Origin: Hyphomicrobiales bacterium
GTDB lineage: Bacteria; Pseudomonadota; Alphaproteobacteria; JAPOUT01
Direction of reading: 5' to 3'
Assembly: GCA_026708545.1 (NCBI GenBank)
Contig: JAPOUT010000054.1
Span: 5,195 to 69,194 of the forward strand
DNA length: 64,000 bases
The first letter of the stretch is position 1. Each line of letters opens with the position of its first letter. This document shows, one piece after another, positions 51,246-59,791 of the stretch. The notes under the pieces were generated by a model. That model searched no databases. It was not told the origin of the DNA and saw only the letters and a program-made list of their open reading frames with translations. A program made the position numbers and the translations under genes.

Positions 51246-51475
51246 TAGGGGCTTACACCATTGCTGGTCGCTCTCTTGCGCTACCGAAGTGGAACCTCAT
51301 TACCTGAAAGTGCTGGAAGCAGCCAGAAACCGCCTAAAACAGCCCGAGAAAGCGAAGTTAAGTCACACTGATGTTTGAAATGCTCGGAGTGCAAGAAGAG
51401 CCAAATACAGCCGATTCCAGCCCGTCTAGCACCCAGGAGGGTTTTTAGGCATCTGTCCGTTGCTGGAAGGGGAAA

Positions 51476-51552
51476 TGGCGCGCCCGGGAGGACTCGAACC
51501 CCCAACCTCTTGATCCGTAGTCAAGCGCTCTATCCAATTGAGCCACGGGCGC
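51476..51552 (-). tRNA. tRNA-Arg (anticodon ACG)
   Basis: The reverse complement GCGCCCGTGGCTCAATTGGATAGAGCGCTTGACTACGGATCAAGAGGTTGGGGGTTCGAGTCCTCCCGGGCGCGCCA folds as a 77-nt cloverleaf. It has a 7-bp acceptor stem, the anticodon loop CTACGGA, the T-loop TTCGAGT and an encoded CCA. Confidence 0.95.
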
Positions 51553-51603
51553 ACTCCATTACTTTTAGAATAAAATCAACAAATATGGAAGCATAACACG
51601 CCG

Positions 51604-54267
51604 TTATTTTCCCAAAGATGCAGTCGCTGCCGCCTTCACCGCCTCAAGAGCGGCATCCACACTCCCTACATCATCACCGCCACACTGTGCCATATCTTCG
51701 CGGCCGCCTCCCCCCTTGCCGCCTAATTTCTCCGCGGCGGCCTTTGCCGAAACACGTGCATCGATTCGCGGAGTCAAATCCTTCGTCACCCCGACTATCA
51801 CCCGAACCTTGCCGGACGAAACACTCGCCAAAACAATTACTCCCGAGCCGATTTCGTGCTTCGCTGAATCTACCAGCGAACGCATTTCCTTTGCGTCCAC
51901 ATCCTCCAATTTCGTTTGCCAGAAAGAGACCTTCCCCGGTAATGACTCCTTAAGCCATCCAATCGCCTGCTTGCCTTGCTTGTGCCCTTTCTTCAAGCTG
52001 CGATTCTCTTCCATCAGCCTGTTAATGCGCTCGAGCAAAACATCCGGCGTCGTCTTCAACAAACCGGCGCCCTCGAGTGCCAACGACTCAAAGCCCAGCA
52101 AATGTTTTCGAGCCGACTCGCCGCTCAGTGCCTCAACACGTCGAACGCCCGATGCCACCGAACTCTGCGAAGTGATTTTGAAAAGTCCAATATCGCCCAA
52201 CCGTGCAACATGCGTGCCCCCGCAAAACTCAACCGAGTAAGCACCGTTACGGTCGGGTGCGTTTTCATCCTTGCCCATGAACAGTACGCGCACCTCGTCG
52301 GCATAACGCTCGCCGAACAACGCCAGCGCACCGCTCGACAAAGCCTCTTCCTGGCGCATTACTCGAGTCTCAACCGCGTCATTCTCCAATATGCGTGCGT
52401 TCACCATGCCCTCAATGCGTGACAACTCTTCCGTCGACAAGGGCTTGCCATGGGAAAAATCAAAACGCAGATAGTCCGGTGAAACCAGCGAGCCTCTCTG
52501 AACAACATGCTCTCCCAGCACTCGACGCAAAGCCTCGTGCAACAAATGCGTTGCCGAATGATTGGCGCGGGTGCAGCGGCGGCGCTCCGAGTCTATCTTC
52601 AACGTAACGCGCTCGCCCACACGCAACGGCTCACGCAAAGCGCTCGCGTCCACGCAATGAACTATCAAACTCTCCGCCTGTCGGCGCGTGTCCTTAATCC
52701 TTAGCACTTCGCCGTTTCCGCGCGTCAACTCCCCCGTGTCGCCGACCTGCCCGCCTCCCTCGGCATAAAAAGGAGTCTTGTCCGTCAGAACGAATATGTC
52801 ATTGCCGCCAAAAGCCTCTTTCAAAGACCCGTTTTCCGATACCAGCGCGCAAACATCCGCATCAGCGTGCTCTTCCTTGTAACCCACGAACTCGCTCGCT
52901 CCGACATCCTCCCGAAGCGCATACCACAAACGTTCAACGTCCTCGTCGCCCGAACCCGTCCAGCCCGAACGCGACGCCTTCTGCTGCCGCGCCATCGCTT
53001 CTTCAAAGCCCGCAACATCAACTTCCAAACCCTTCTCGCGCAAAACATCCGCCGTCAAATCAACCGGAAAGCCATAGGTGTCATACAGTCTGAAAGCAAC
53101 TTCGCCTGGAAGCTTTTGCCCTTTCGACAATGCGGAGACCTCATCGTGCAATAGCGACAATCCGCGCGCAAGAGTCTCGCGAAAGCGCAATTCTTCCGAG
53201 CGCAATGTTTCCTCTATCAGTGCGCGGGCACGCAGCAATTCCGGATACGCCTCGCCCATCGAGGCAATCAACGGCGCGCCTAGGCGGTGCAGCAAAGGCT
53301 CATCAACACCGAGCAAAAACGCATGACGCATTGCGCGGCGCATAATCCGCCGCAATACGTAACCGCGCCCTTCATTGTCCGGCAACACGCCGTCGGCAAT
53401 CAAAAATCCGCTTGCACGCAAATGGTCCGCTATCACACGATGTGCAACCATATGCTCGCCGTCCGCCGGAACGCCCGACTCCTTCACCGACGCATCAATC
53501 AAAAAACGAAACAGGTCGGTGTCATAGTTGTCATGCACACCCTGCAGCACGGCCCCCATCCGCTCCAGGCCCATGCCCGTGTCAATCGAGGGACGAGGCA
53601 GCGAAACACGCTCGCCGTCCGCACGTTGCTCATACTGCATGAAAACCAAATTCCAAATTTCCGTGAAACGGTCACCCTCCGCATCCGCGCTGCCCGGAGG
53701 TCCGCCGGTAACCGATTCGCCGTGATCGAAGAAGATTTCGGAGCAAGGTCCGCACGGACCCGTCTCGCCCATCGACCAGAAATTATCCGAACCCGAAATA
53801 CGCAATATGCGCGAATCCGGCAAACCCGAAATCTTCCGCCACAAGCCGTGCGCCTCATCGTCATCAACATAAACGCTGATCCACAACCTGTCTTCAGACA
53901 ACCCGAACTCGCGCGTCACCAGCCGCCACGCCAGTTCCACTGCGCGCTCCTTGAAATAATCTCCGAAAGAAAAGTTCCCCAACATCTCGAAAAACGTATG
54001 ATGCCTGGCCGTGTGGCCGACATTGTCCAGATCATTGTGCTTGCCGCCGGCACGCAGGCATTTTTGCGCCGTCACCGCACGGGGACAAGGCCGCTCCTCA
54101 ACGCCCGTAAACACGCCCTTGAACTGGACCATCCCCGAGTTGGTAAACAACAGGCTCGGATCTTGCTCAGGAACCACCGATGAAGAGGCGATATGCTCGT
54201 GACCTTGTGCACGAAAATATTCCACAAATGCGTGGCGGATGTCGTTCAAACCAGATGAAGATGCCAT
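51604..54267 (-). CDS. alaS: Alanine--tRNA ligase
   Basis: 887 aa. The N-terminus IRHAFVEYFRAQGHEHIASSSVVP...LLFTNSGMVQFK, the editing-domain HSATHLLH motif and a C-terminal DHHA1 domain are present. Confidence 0.95.
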   Translation of the reverse strand: MASSSGLNDIRHAFVEYFRAQGHEHIASSSVVPEQDPSLLFTNSGMVQFKGVFTGVEERPCPRAVTAQKCLRAGGKHNDLDNVGHTARHHTFFEMLGNFSFGDYFKERAVELAWRLVTREFGLSEDRLWISVYVDDDEAHGLWRKISGLPDSRILRISGSDNFWSMGETGPCGPCSEIFFDHGESVTGGPPGSADAEGDRFTEIWNLVFMQYEQRADGERVSLPRPSIDTGMGLERMGAVLQGVHDNYDTDLFRFLIDASVKESGVPADGEHMVAHRVIADHLRASGFLIADGVLPDNEGRGYVLRRIMRRAMRHAFLLGVDEPLLHRLGAPLIASMGEAYPELLRARALIEETLRSEELRFRETLARGLSLLHDEVSALSKGQKLPGEVAFRLYDTYGFPVDLTADVLREKGLEVDVAGFEEAMARQQKASRSGWTGSGDEDVERLWYALREDVGASEFVGYKEEHADADVCALVSENGSLKEAFGGNDIFVLTDKTPFYAEGGGQVGDTGELTRGNGEVLRIKDTRRQAESLIVHCVDASALREPLRVGERVTLKIDSERRRCTRANHSATHLLHEALRRVLGEHVVQRGSLVSPDYLRFDFSHGKPLSTEELSRIEGMVNARILENDAVETRVMRQEEALSSGALALFGERYADEVRVLFMGKDENAPDRNGAYSVEFCGGTHVARLGDIGLFKITSQSSVASGVRRVEALSGESARKHLLGFESLALEGAGLLKTTPDVLLERINRLMEENRSLKKGHKQGKQAIGWLKESLPGKVSFWQTKLEDVDAKEMRSLVDSAKHEIGSGVIVLASVSSGKVRVIVGVTKDLTPRIDARVSAKAAAEKLGGKGGGGREDMAQCGGDDVGSVDAALEAVKAAATASLGK

Positions 54268-54360
54268 GGGACAATCGCGCTGTTTTGCGCGTCCGTTATC
54301 AAAGTCGCGGGGTAATGCCCCTTTTTAAACCGATTACACGCCCCTGTCCAGACACAAATG

Positions 54361-55263
54361 CTAGACTTTGCGCATCCACGCACGTGCAAAATCAACATAA
54401 AAACGATTGAGTTCAATTCCCAGCCAGCCAACCCCCAATTCACGGGCAACAACACATTCCGAGCCCGACCCCGCAAACGGAATCAACGCACGTCCCGCAA
54501 CGCCATTAATGCGCGAGCGAATCAGTCGACGCGTCAACTGCATCGGCTTCTGCGTCGGATGCTTGAATAATTCATGCCCGCGATGTTTATCGATGCTCGA
54601 AGGCGGAAATACCTTGCCACCACAATCATGGCACAAAAACCAGCGCTCGCTCGCCCCCGCCCCGCCCGCCAATGCAGGAACCTTCAATACATCGCGGGGA
54701 AGCGCGCCTTTCTCGTGCGCCCTGTAAATAGTTGTCCTGCCCTTCCGGTTGCCGTTGAAGCGACTCGCCGTTGATGCCCTCGATTTACCGACGTTCGACA
54801 TATAAGCCTGTGTGTAGGGCTCGCGAATCTGGTCAATTTCCAAATTCGGACGGGGTCCGTCCGATGCCCACAGGCACAATATCGACTCGTGCGAACGCTG
54901 CCAAAACCTGCCCGAAGGCGTCGTCTTGTTGGTGTAATGCCATACCAGCCAACGTTGTTGCTCTATCGGATAGTGGGCCGCCACCCGCGCTAATATCTCC
55001 GTAAAACCATAAACGTAAATTATCCCGCCCGCCGCCAGCAGCCGGAAACATTCCCCAAGCCACCGGTGCGTCCAATCGAGATAATCGGCCAACGGCATAT
55101 TATCGTTGGTTTCTCCGAAATCCTTTCCGATGTTGTAGGGAGGATCCGCAATGACCACATCGAACTTGCACGAACCCGGCAGGCCTGCCAGAACCTCCAC
55201 TACATCACCGCAAACCAGCCGGGATTTAAAAGACGGACTTTTCCCTCCCGAACCGGCCGCCAT
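54361..55263 (-). CDS. Orphan beta-class (N6-adenine/N4-cytosine) DNA methyltransferase
   Basis: 300 aa. Motif IV VIADPPYNIG precedes HPTQKP and the AdoMet motif FAGSGSECVVAREL, the permuted order of PF01555-type enzymes. No restriction endonuclease-like ORF is adjacent. Confidence 0.85.
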   Translation of the reverse strand: MAAGSGGKSPSFKSRLVCGDVVEVLAGLPGSCKFDVVIADPPYNIGKDFGETNDNMPLADYLDWTHRWLGECFRLLAAGGIIYVYGFTEILARVAAHYPIEQQRWLVWHYTNKTTPSGRFWQRSHESILCLWASDGPRPNLEIDQIREPYTQAYMSNVGKSRASTASRFNGNRKGRTTIYRAHEKGALPRDVLKVPALAGGAGASERWFLCHDCGGKVFPPSSIDKHRGHELFKHPTQKPMQLTRRLIRSRINGVAGRALIPFAGSGSECVVARELGVGWLGIELNRFYVDFARAWMRKV

Positions 55264-55271
55264 GGTCTTCC

Positions 55272-56387
55272 TTAGCCGGCTTTCTCCGCCGCGCGGGGAG
55301 CGGCCTTGCCCTTGCCGGAAGCGCCGCCTTCCTCGGCAGGCGCTTCCTTCTGCTCGGACTTGCCACCGGAAACATCCAGCTTGGCCCGCAAGGACGCCTC
55401 AATCGCGGCGGCAACCTTCGGGTGCTCCTTGAGGTACTGCTTTGCGTTTTCGCGACCCTGTCCAATCCGGTTGCTGTCATACGAGTACCAAGCACCGGAC
55501 TTCTCAACGATGCCGGCATCGACACCCATGTCCACCAACTCGCCGGTCTTGGAGATGCCTTCGCCGTACATTATGTCAAACTCGGCAGTCCTGAAGGGCG
55601 GCGCCATCTTGTTCTTGACCACTTTGATGCGGGTCTGGTTGCCGACCATTTCCTCGCGCAACTTCACCGGGCCGATGCGGCGGACATCCAACCGGACCGT
55701 TGCATAAAATTTCAACGCATTGCCCCCCGTCGTCACTTCGGGAGAACCGTACATGGCGCCGATTTTCATCCGAATCTGGTTGACAAACAACAACAGGCAG
55801 TTCGATTGCGACACCGAACCCGTCAGCTTGCGCATTGCCTGGCTCATCAAACGAGCCTGCAAGCCCGGAAGACTATCACCCATGTCACCCTCCAGTTCCG
55901 CGCGCGGCGTCAAAGCGGCAACCGAATCGATCACCACCAGATCAACCGCGCCCGAGCGAACCAAAGTATCGGTGATTTCAAGCGCCTGCTCGCCGTTGTC
56001 GGGCTGGGAAATCAACAGGTTGTCCAGGTTCACCCCCAACTTCTTCGCATAAATCGGGTCCAGCGCGTGCTCCGCATCTATGAAAGCACAGTTGCCTCCC
56101 TCGCGCTGCGTCTCCGCTACGACGTGCAACGCCAAAGTCGTCTTGCCCGAAGACTCGGGACCATACACCTCGGCCACCCGTCCCTTCGGCAGGCCTCCAA
56201 TGCCCAGCGCCAGATCCAAACCAAGCGAACCCGTCGAGACGGTCGCAACCTCCTCCACCGTGCCGGTCTGGCCGAGCCTCATCAAAGAGCCCTTGCCGAA
56301 ACTGCGCTCGATCTGCTTGAGCGCACTGTCCAAAGCTTTTTCCTTATTCATGGAATCATCCACCAACTGCAAAGATTGTCTTGCCAT
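55272..56387 (-). CDS. recA: Recombinase RecA
   Basis: 371 aa. [23 protein letters not shown] is followed by Walker [13 protein letters not shown] and the L1/L2 regions. Confidence 0.97.
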   Translation of the reverse strand: MARQSLQLVDDSMNKEKALDSALKQIERSFGKGSLMRLGQTGTVEEVATVSTGSLGLDLALGIGGLPKGRVAEVYGPESSGKTTLALHVVAETQREGGNCAFIDAEHALDPIYAKKLGVNLDNLLISQPDNGEQALEITDTLVRSGAVDLVVIDSVAALTPRAELEGDMGDSLPGLQARLMSQAMRKLTGSVSQSNCLLLFVNQIRMKIGAMYGSPEVTTGGNALKFYATVRLDVRRIGPVKLREEMVGNQTRIKVVKNKMAPPFRTAEFDIMYGEGISKTGELVDMGVDAGIVEKSGAWYSYDSNRIGQGRENAKQYLKEHPKVAAAIEASLRAKLDVSGGKSEQKEAPAEEGGASGKGKAAPRAAEKAG

Positions 56388-56452
56388 TGTTCTTTCTCCT
56401 TTATTTCACAAACACCCCTCCAAGAGAAGAGGTTTATCGACTGATTCGATTC

Positions 56453-56478
56453 GTTCGCATTATGTTCATATTTTGTTT
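56453..56478. promoter_or_regulatory. Alphaproteobacterial-type SOS (LexA) box, tandem GTTC-N7-GTTC-N7-GTTT
   Basis: GTTC lies at 56453..56456, 7 nt on comes GTTC at 56464..56467, and another 7 nt on comes GTTT at 56475..56478. The element is 66-91 nt upstream of the recA ATG. It overlaps a candidate promoter on the recA strand (TTGCAA-18 nt-CATAAT). Confidence 0.65.
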
Positions 56479-56511
56479 CAAATTGCAAGAACTTTTTTAT
56501 TTTCCGCGGAT

Positions 56512-57048
56512 TCAGGCGATTTTTTTGATGGAGAATCGGTCCCTTTCGGGGAGGCGGGCGAACATTTCCCTCGAACGCATCCCCGAAACCGGGTGAATCC
56601 AGTCCGGCAATATTTCCACCAGCGGCCCCAGCACAAAGGCGCGCTCCGGCATCCCCGGATGCGGCAAAAGCATCGAATCCGAAGCCACCTCGTCGCCGTA
56701 AGCGAGCAAGTCCAGGTCCAGAGTCCGCGCACCCCAGCGGGGTTCTCCGCTGCGATGGCGCGCAAACCGTTCCTCGATGCGATGAAGCGTCGAGAGCAAC
56801 TCACGTGGCGGCAGCAACGTCGCAACGCTTGCAACCGCGTTAACATATGGCTCTTGGGGAACATCCCCCATCGGTGCCGTGCGATACCACGATGAGCACG
56901 CACGCAACTCTACTCCGTAAGACGGAAAGAGTTTCAGCGCCTGTTGCAAACCTGCCAGCACGCCGCCGACATCGCCTCCGACACGATTGCCGCCAATGCC
57001 AATCAAAATTACGAGAGGTGACTTCCCAAAACACTCCCTTTGCGGCAA
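56512..57048 (-). CDS. folK: 2-amino-4-hydroxy-6-hydroxymethyldihydropteridine diphosphokinase
   Basis: The C-terminal 178 aa of the long ORF read LVILIGIGGN...SSWYRTAPMG...YVNAVASV...ARTLDLDLL...LPHPGMPERAFVLGPL. The proposed TTG start at 57048 has GGAGA 5 nt upstream. The rest of the 391-aa ORF is antisense to the NYN gene. Confidence 0.85.
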   Translation of the reverse strand: MPQRECFGKSPLVILIGIGGNRVGGDVGGVLAGLQQALKLFPSYGVELRACSSWYRTAPMGDVPQEPYVNAVASVATLLPPRELLSTLHRIEERFARHRSGEPRWGARTLDLDLLAYGDEVASDSMLLPHPGMPERAFVLGPLVEILPDWIHPVSGMRSREMFARLPERDRFSIKKIA

Positions 57049-57096
57049 AATAATCTCCAATCTCTTAAACACTCCTAAAACACAGGTCTCAAACCC

Positions 57097-57681
57097 ATGC
57101 TCCGCAACGACGAACGAACCGCCCTCTTCATTGACGGCCCGAATCTCTACGCCGCCACACGAATCCTGGAACTCGACATCGATTACAGGAAACTCCTCGA
57201 CTACTTCTCCGCACGATGCCGACTGATTCGAGCAAGTTATTACACCACCATCTATCCCGACCAGGAAGCCTCGACCCTGCGATCCCTGACCAACTGGCTC
57301 GATTATAACGGATACAACGTCATCACACGGCGTCCAAGAGAATATTTCACCGGAGGCAAGCGCAAAGTCAAAAACGACATGGAAATCGAGCTCATCATTG
57401 ACGTCCTTGAAGCCGCTCCGCATCTTGACCACGTCGTCCTCTTCTCCGGCAACGGAGATCTTTCGCGCCTGACCACGTCGTTGCAGCGAAGCGGCAAACT
57501 CGTCAGCATCGTCTCGACGTTGTTGTCCGAGCCGCCCATGGTCTCCGATGAACTGCGCCGGCATGCCGACAATTTCATCGAGCTCGACAGTTTGCGCGGG
57601 GAAATCCACCGGGAATGGGAAGATGCGCCCGACGACTCCGATTCGCCCCACTCCTACGACCCGGACGAGGATGACCAATAA
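57097..57681 (+). CDS. NYN domain (LabA-like) protein
   Basis: 194 aa. RTALFIDGPNLYAATRILELDIDYRKLL...ASYYT...DMEIELIIDVLEAAPHLDHVVLFSGNGD...VSIVST is the conserved alphaproteobacterial LabA/NYN pattern. Confidence 0.88.
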   Translation: MLRNDERTALFIDGPNLYAATRILELDIDYRKLLDYFSARCRLIRASYYTTIYPDQEASTLRSLTNWLDYNGYNVITRRPREYFTGGKRKVKNDMEIELIIDVLEAAPHLDHVVLFSGNGDLSRLTTSLQRSGKLVSIVSTLLSEPPMVSDELRRHADNFIELDSLRGEIHREWEDAPDDSDSPHSYDPDEDDQ

Positions 57682-58318
57682 GCGCATTCATCCTCCCAAA
57701 AACTGTCCCGATTGTCCGAGACTTGTTGCGTTGCGCAAACAATTGCGCCGGGAACACCCGGACTGGCACAACGCTCCCGTCCCGAGTTTCACGGCGCCGA
57801 ATGCACGACTCTTAATCGTCGGACTCGCACCCGGCAAATCCGGAGCAAACAGAACCGGCAGGCCCTTTACCGGGGATTTTGCGGGCAGAGTCCTCTACAA
57901 AATGCTTGATGAGTTCGGATTCTCAAGCGGCACTTACGCCGAAAATCCCGACGACGGGCTGCGCCTTTGTGATTGCGCCATCACCAACGCCGTTGCGTGC
58001 GTCCCGCCCCTCAACAAGCCAACCGGCGCGGAAATCTCCACATGCCGACCCTGGCTGGAGAAGCAACTGCGCTCCATGAAACAATTGCGCGCAATCCTTG
58101 CCCTTGGAAGGGTCGCGCACGAGTCCGTCGTGAAGCTTTTCTCCATGCCCCTGCGCAACGCCCCCTTCCGGCATGCCGCCGTCCATCAGCTGCAAGACGG
58201 CATCCTCCTGTTCGATAGCTACCATTGTTCGCGCTACAACATCCAAACCAAGCGACTCAACAACGACATGCTGCGCGAGGTCTTCTCGACCGTGCGCCAA
58301 CACATTCAAACCTCCTAG
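57671..58318 (+). CDS. Uracil-DNA glycosylase, family 4/5
   Basis: Internal start MTNKRIHPPKNCPDCPRL, then LLIVGLAPGKSGANRTGRPFTGD...NAVACVPP...SYHCSRYN. It overlaps the NYN gene end by 11 nt. Confidence 0.85.
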   Translation: MTNKRIHPPKNCPDCPRLVALRKQLRREHPDWHNAPVPSFTAPNARLLIVGLAPGKSGANRTGRPFTGDFAGRVLYKMLDEFGFSSGTYAENPDDGLRLCDCAITNAVACVPPLNKPTGAEISTCRPWLEKQLRSMKQLRAILALGRVAHESVVKLFSMPLRNAPFRHAAVHQLQDGILLFDSYHCSRYNIQTKRLNNDMLREVFSTVRQHIQTS

Positions 58319-58779
58319 CCTCTGTCGCGCAGCAATCGGGCGCGCCTGCGCGACCAGTCACGCTCCTTTTCGGTCTCGCGCTTGTCGCGCAACTTCTTTC
58401 CCCTCGCCAGCGCCAGCGCCAATTTCACCCGTCCGCGCTCGTTGAAATACAAACGCAGCGGCGCAATCGTCAAACCCTCCTTGCGAACCGCATCCAGCCA
58501 GCGCGACAATTCCTTCTTGTGCAGCAATATTTTCCGCACCCGGCGGGGCTCGTGATTCTCGCGGCTCGCCTGCGCATACTCGCCGATATACAGATTGAAC
58601 AGGTATAACTCCCCCTCCCTTTCCCCCGCGTACGCCTGGTCCAGCGACACCAGGCCCGCACGAAGGCTTTTCACTTCGGTCCCCACCAGCATCAAGCCGG
58701 CCTCCAATTCCTTTTCCAGGAAATAAATATGGCGCGCCCGGCGATTCTCCGCTATCAAGCGCTTGCTGCCCCGGGTCAT
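58315..58779 (-). CDS. smpB: SsrA-binding protein
   Basis: 154 aa. IAENRRARHIYFLEKELEAGLMLVGTEVKSLR...LLLHKKE...KRETEKERDW is present. Confidence 0.95.
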   Translation of the reverse strand: MTRGSKRLIAENRRARHIYFLEKELEAGLMLVGTEVKSLRAGLVSLDQAYAGEREGELYLFNLYIGEYAQASRENHEPRRVRKILLHKKELSRWLDAVRKEGLTIAPLRLYFNERGRVKLALALARGKKLRDKRETEKERDWSRRRARLLRDRG

Positions 58780-58784
58780 AAATC

Positions 58785-59666
58785 TCAGTCGTGCAGCACG
58801 CCCGCACGAGTCATCGCCGCGCGAATCTCGTCACAAACCGCGGAACTCGGGGACAGCAGCGGCAAGCGAACCTCGTCCCCGCAAATCCCCAGCAGCGACA
58901 GCGCGTGTTTCGAAGGCGCGGGAGAAGGCTCCAAAAACAATGCACGATGCAGCGCCTCCAGCCTGTCCTGCAACTCCAATGCCCGGCGGAATTCCCCATC
59001 CAGGCACGCGCTTTGAAATTCCGAGCACAATTTGGGCGCGACATTCGCACTCACCGAGATGCATCCGTGTCCTCCATGCGCCATAAACCCCAGCGCACTG
59101 TTGTCCTGGCCCGACATCTGATTGAATCGCTCCCCCAGGCGCGCGCGCGTTTCCGCCAGCCGCTCCATTGAACCGGTTGCATCCTTCACGCCCGCTATCG
59201 CCCCCTGGGCGTGCAACCGCGCCATCGTCTCCACCGATACATCCACAACCGAGCGGGACGGGATGTTGTATAAAATCACCGGCACGCTTTCCAATGCCTC
59301 GCGAACTTCCATGAAGTGGCGATACAGCCCCCGCTGGTCGGGGTTGTTGTAGTAGGGTGCAACAACCAGCACGGCGTCTGCGCCGCATTTCTCCCCGTGC
59401 CTCGCAAAATCCACCGCCTCGCTCGTCGAGTTCGAGCCCGCCCCTGCTATCACCGGAACGCGTCCCGCCGAGATATCCACGCACATGGATACGACCCGCC
59501 GATGCTCCTCATGCGTCAGCGTCGGCGATTCTCCCGTTGTCCCGCACGGGACCAAACCGTGGGAGCCCTCCGATATCTGCCATTCAACCAGGCGGGTAAA
59601 AGCCTCTTCATCAACCTCGCCGCCGCGAAAAGGCGTCACCAGTGCCGTTATCGAACCACTAAACAT
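58785..59666 (-). CDS. dapA: 4-hydroxy-tetrahydrodipicolinate synthase
   Basis: 293 aa. GSITALVTPF...GLVPCGTTGESPTL...YNIPSRS...GVKDATG is present. Confidence 0.95.
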   Translation of the reverse strand: MFSGSITALVTPFRGGEVDEEAFTRLVEWQISEGSHGLVPCGTTGESPTLTHEEHRRVVSMCVDISAGRVPVIAGAGSNSTSEAVDFARHGEKCGADAVLVVAPYYNNPDQRGLYRHFMEVREALESVPVILYNIPSRSVVDVSVETMARLHAQGAIAGVKDATGSMERLAETRARLGERFNQMSGQDNSALGFMAHGGHGCISVSANVAPKLCSEFQSACLDGEFRRALELQDRLEALHRALFLEPSPAPSKHALSLLGICGDEVRLPLLSPSSAVCDEIRAAMTRAGVLHD

Positions 59667-59791
59667 TTTTCAACCAAACCCGTTCTTTTTTTGCGCATAC
59701 CGCCCTGATAGCATAGACTGCGGCATCAGTAGTAACATTCCCCCTCAACACACACCCCGTATCATAAACACAAATTATCAAAAACGACAAC

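Noticed and set aside
56440-56458. CTGATTCGATTCGTTCGC upstream of recA resembles the GATTCG..GATTCG core of the island repeat
   Set aside because: The match is short, it overlaps the LexA-box direct repeats that explain it, and the flanking modules (TATACTT, AAGCCC, TCCAT) are absent. It is probably coincidental.
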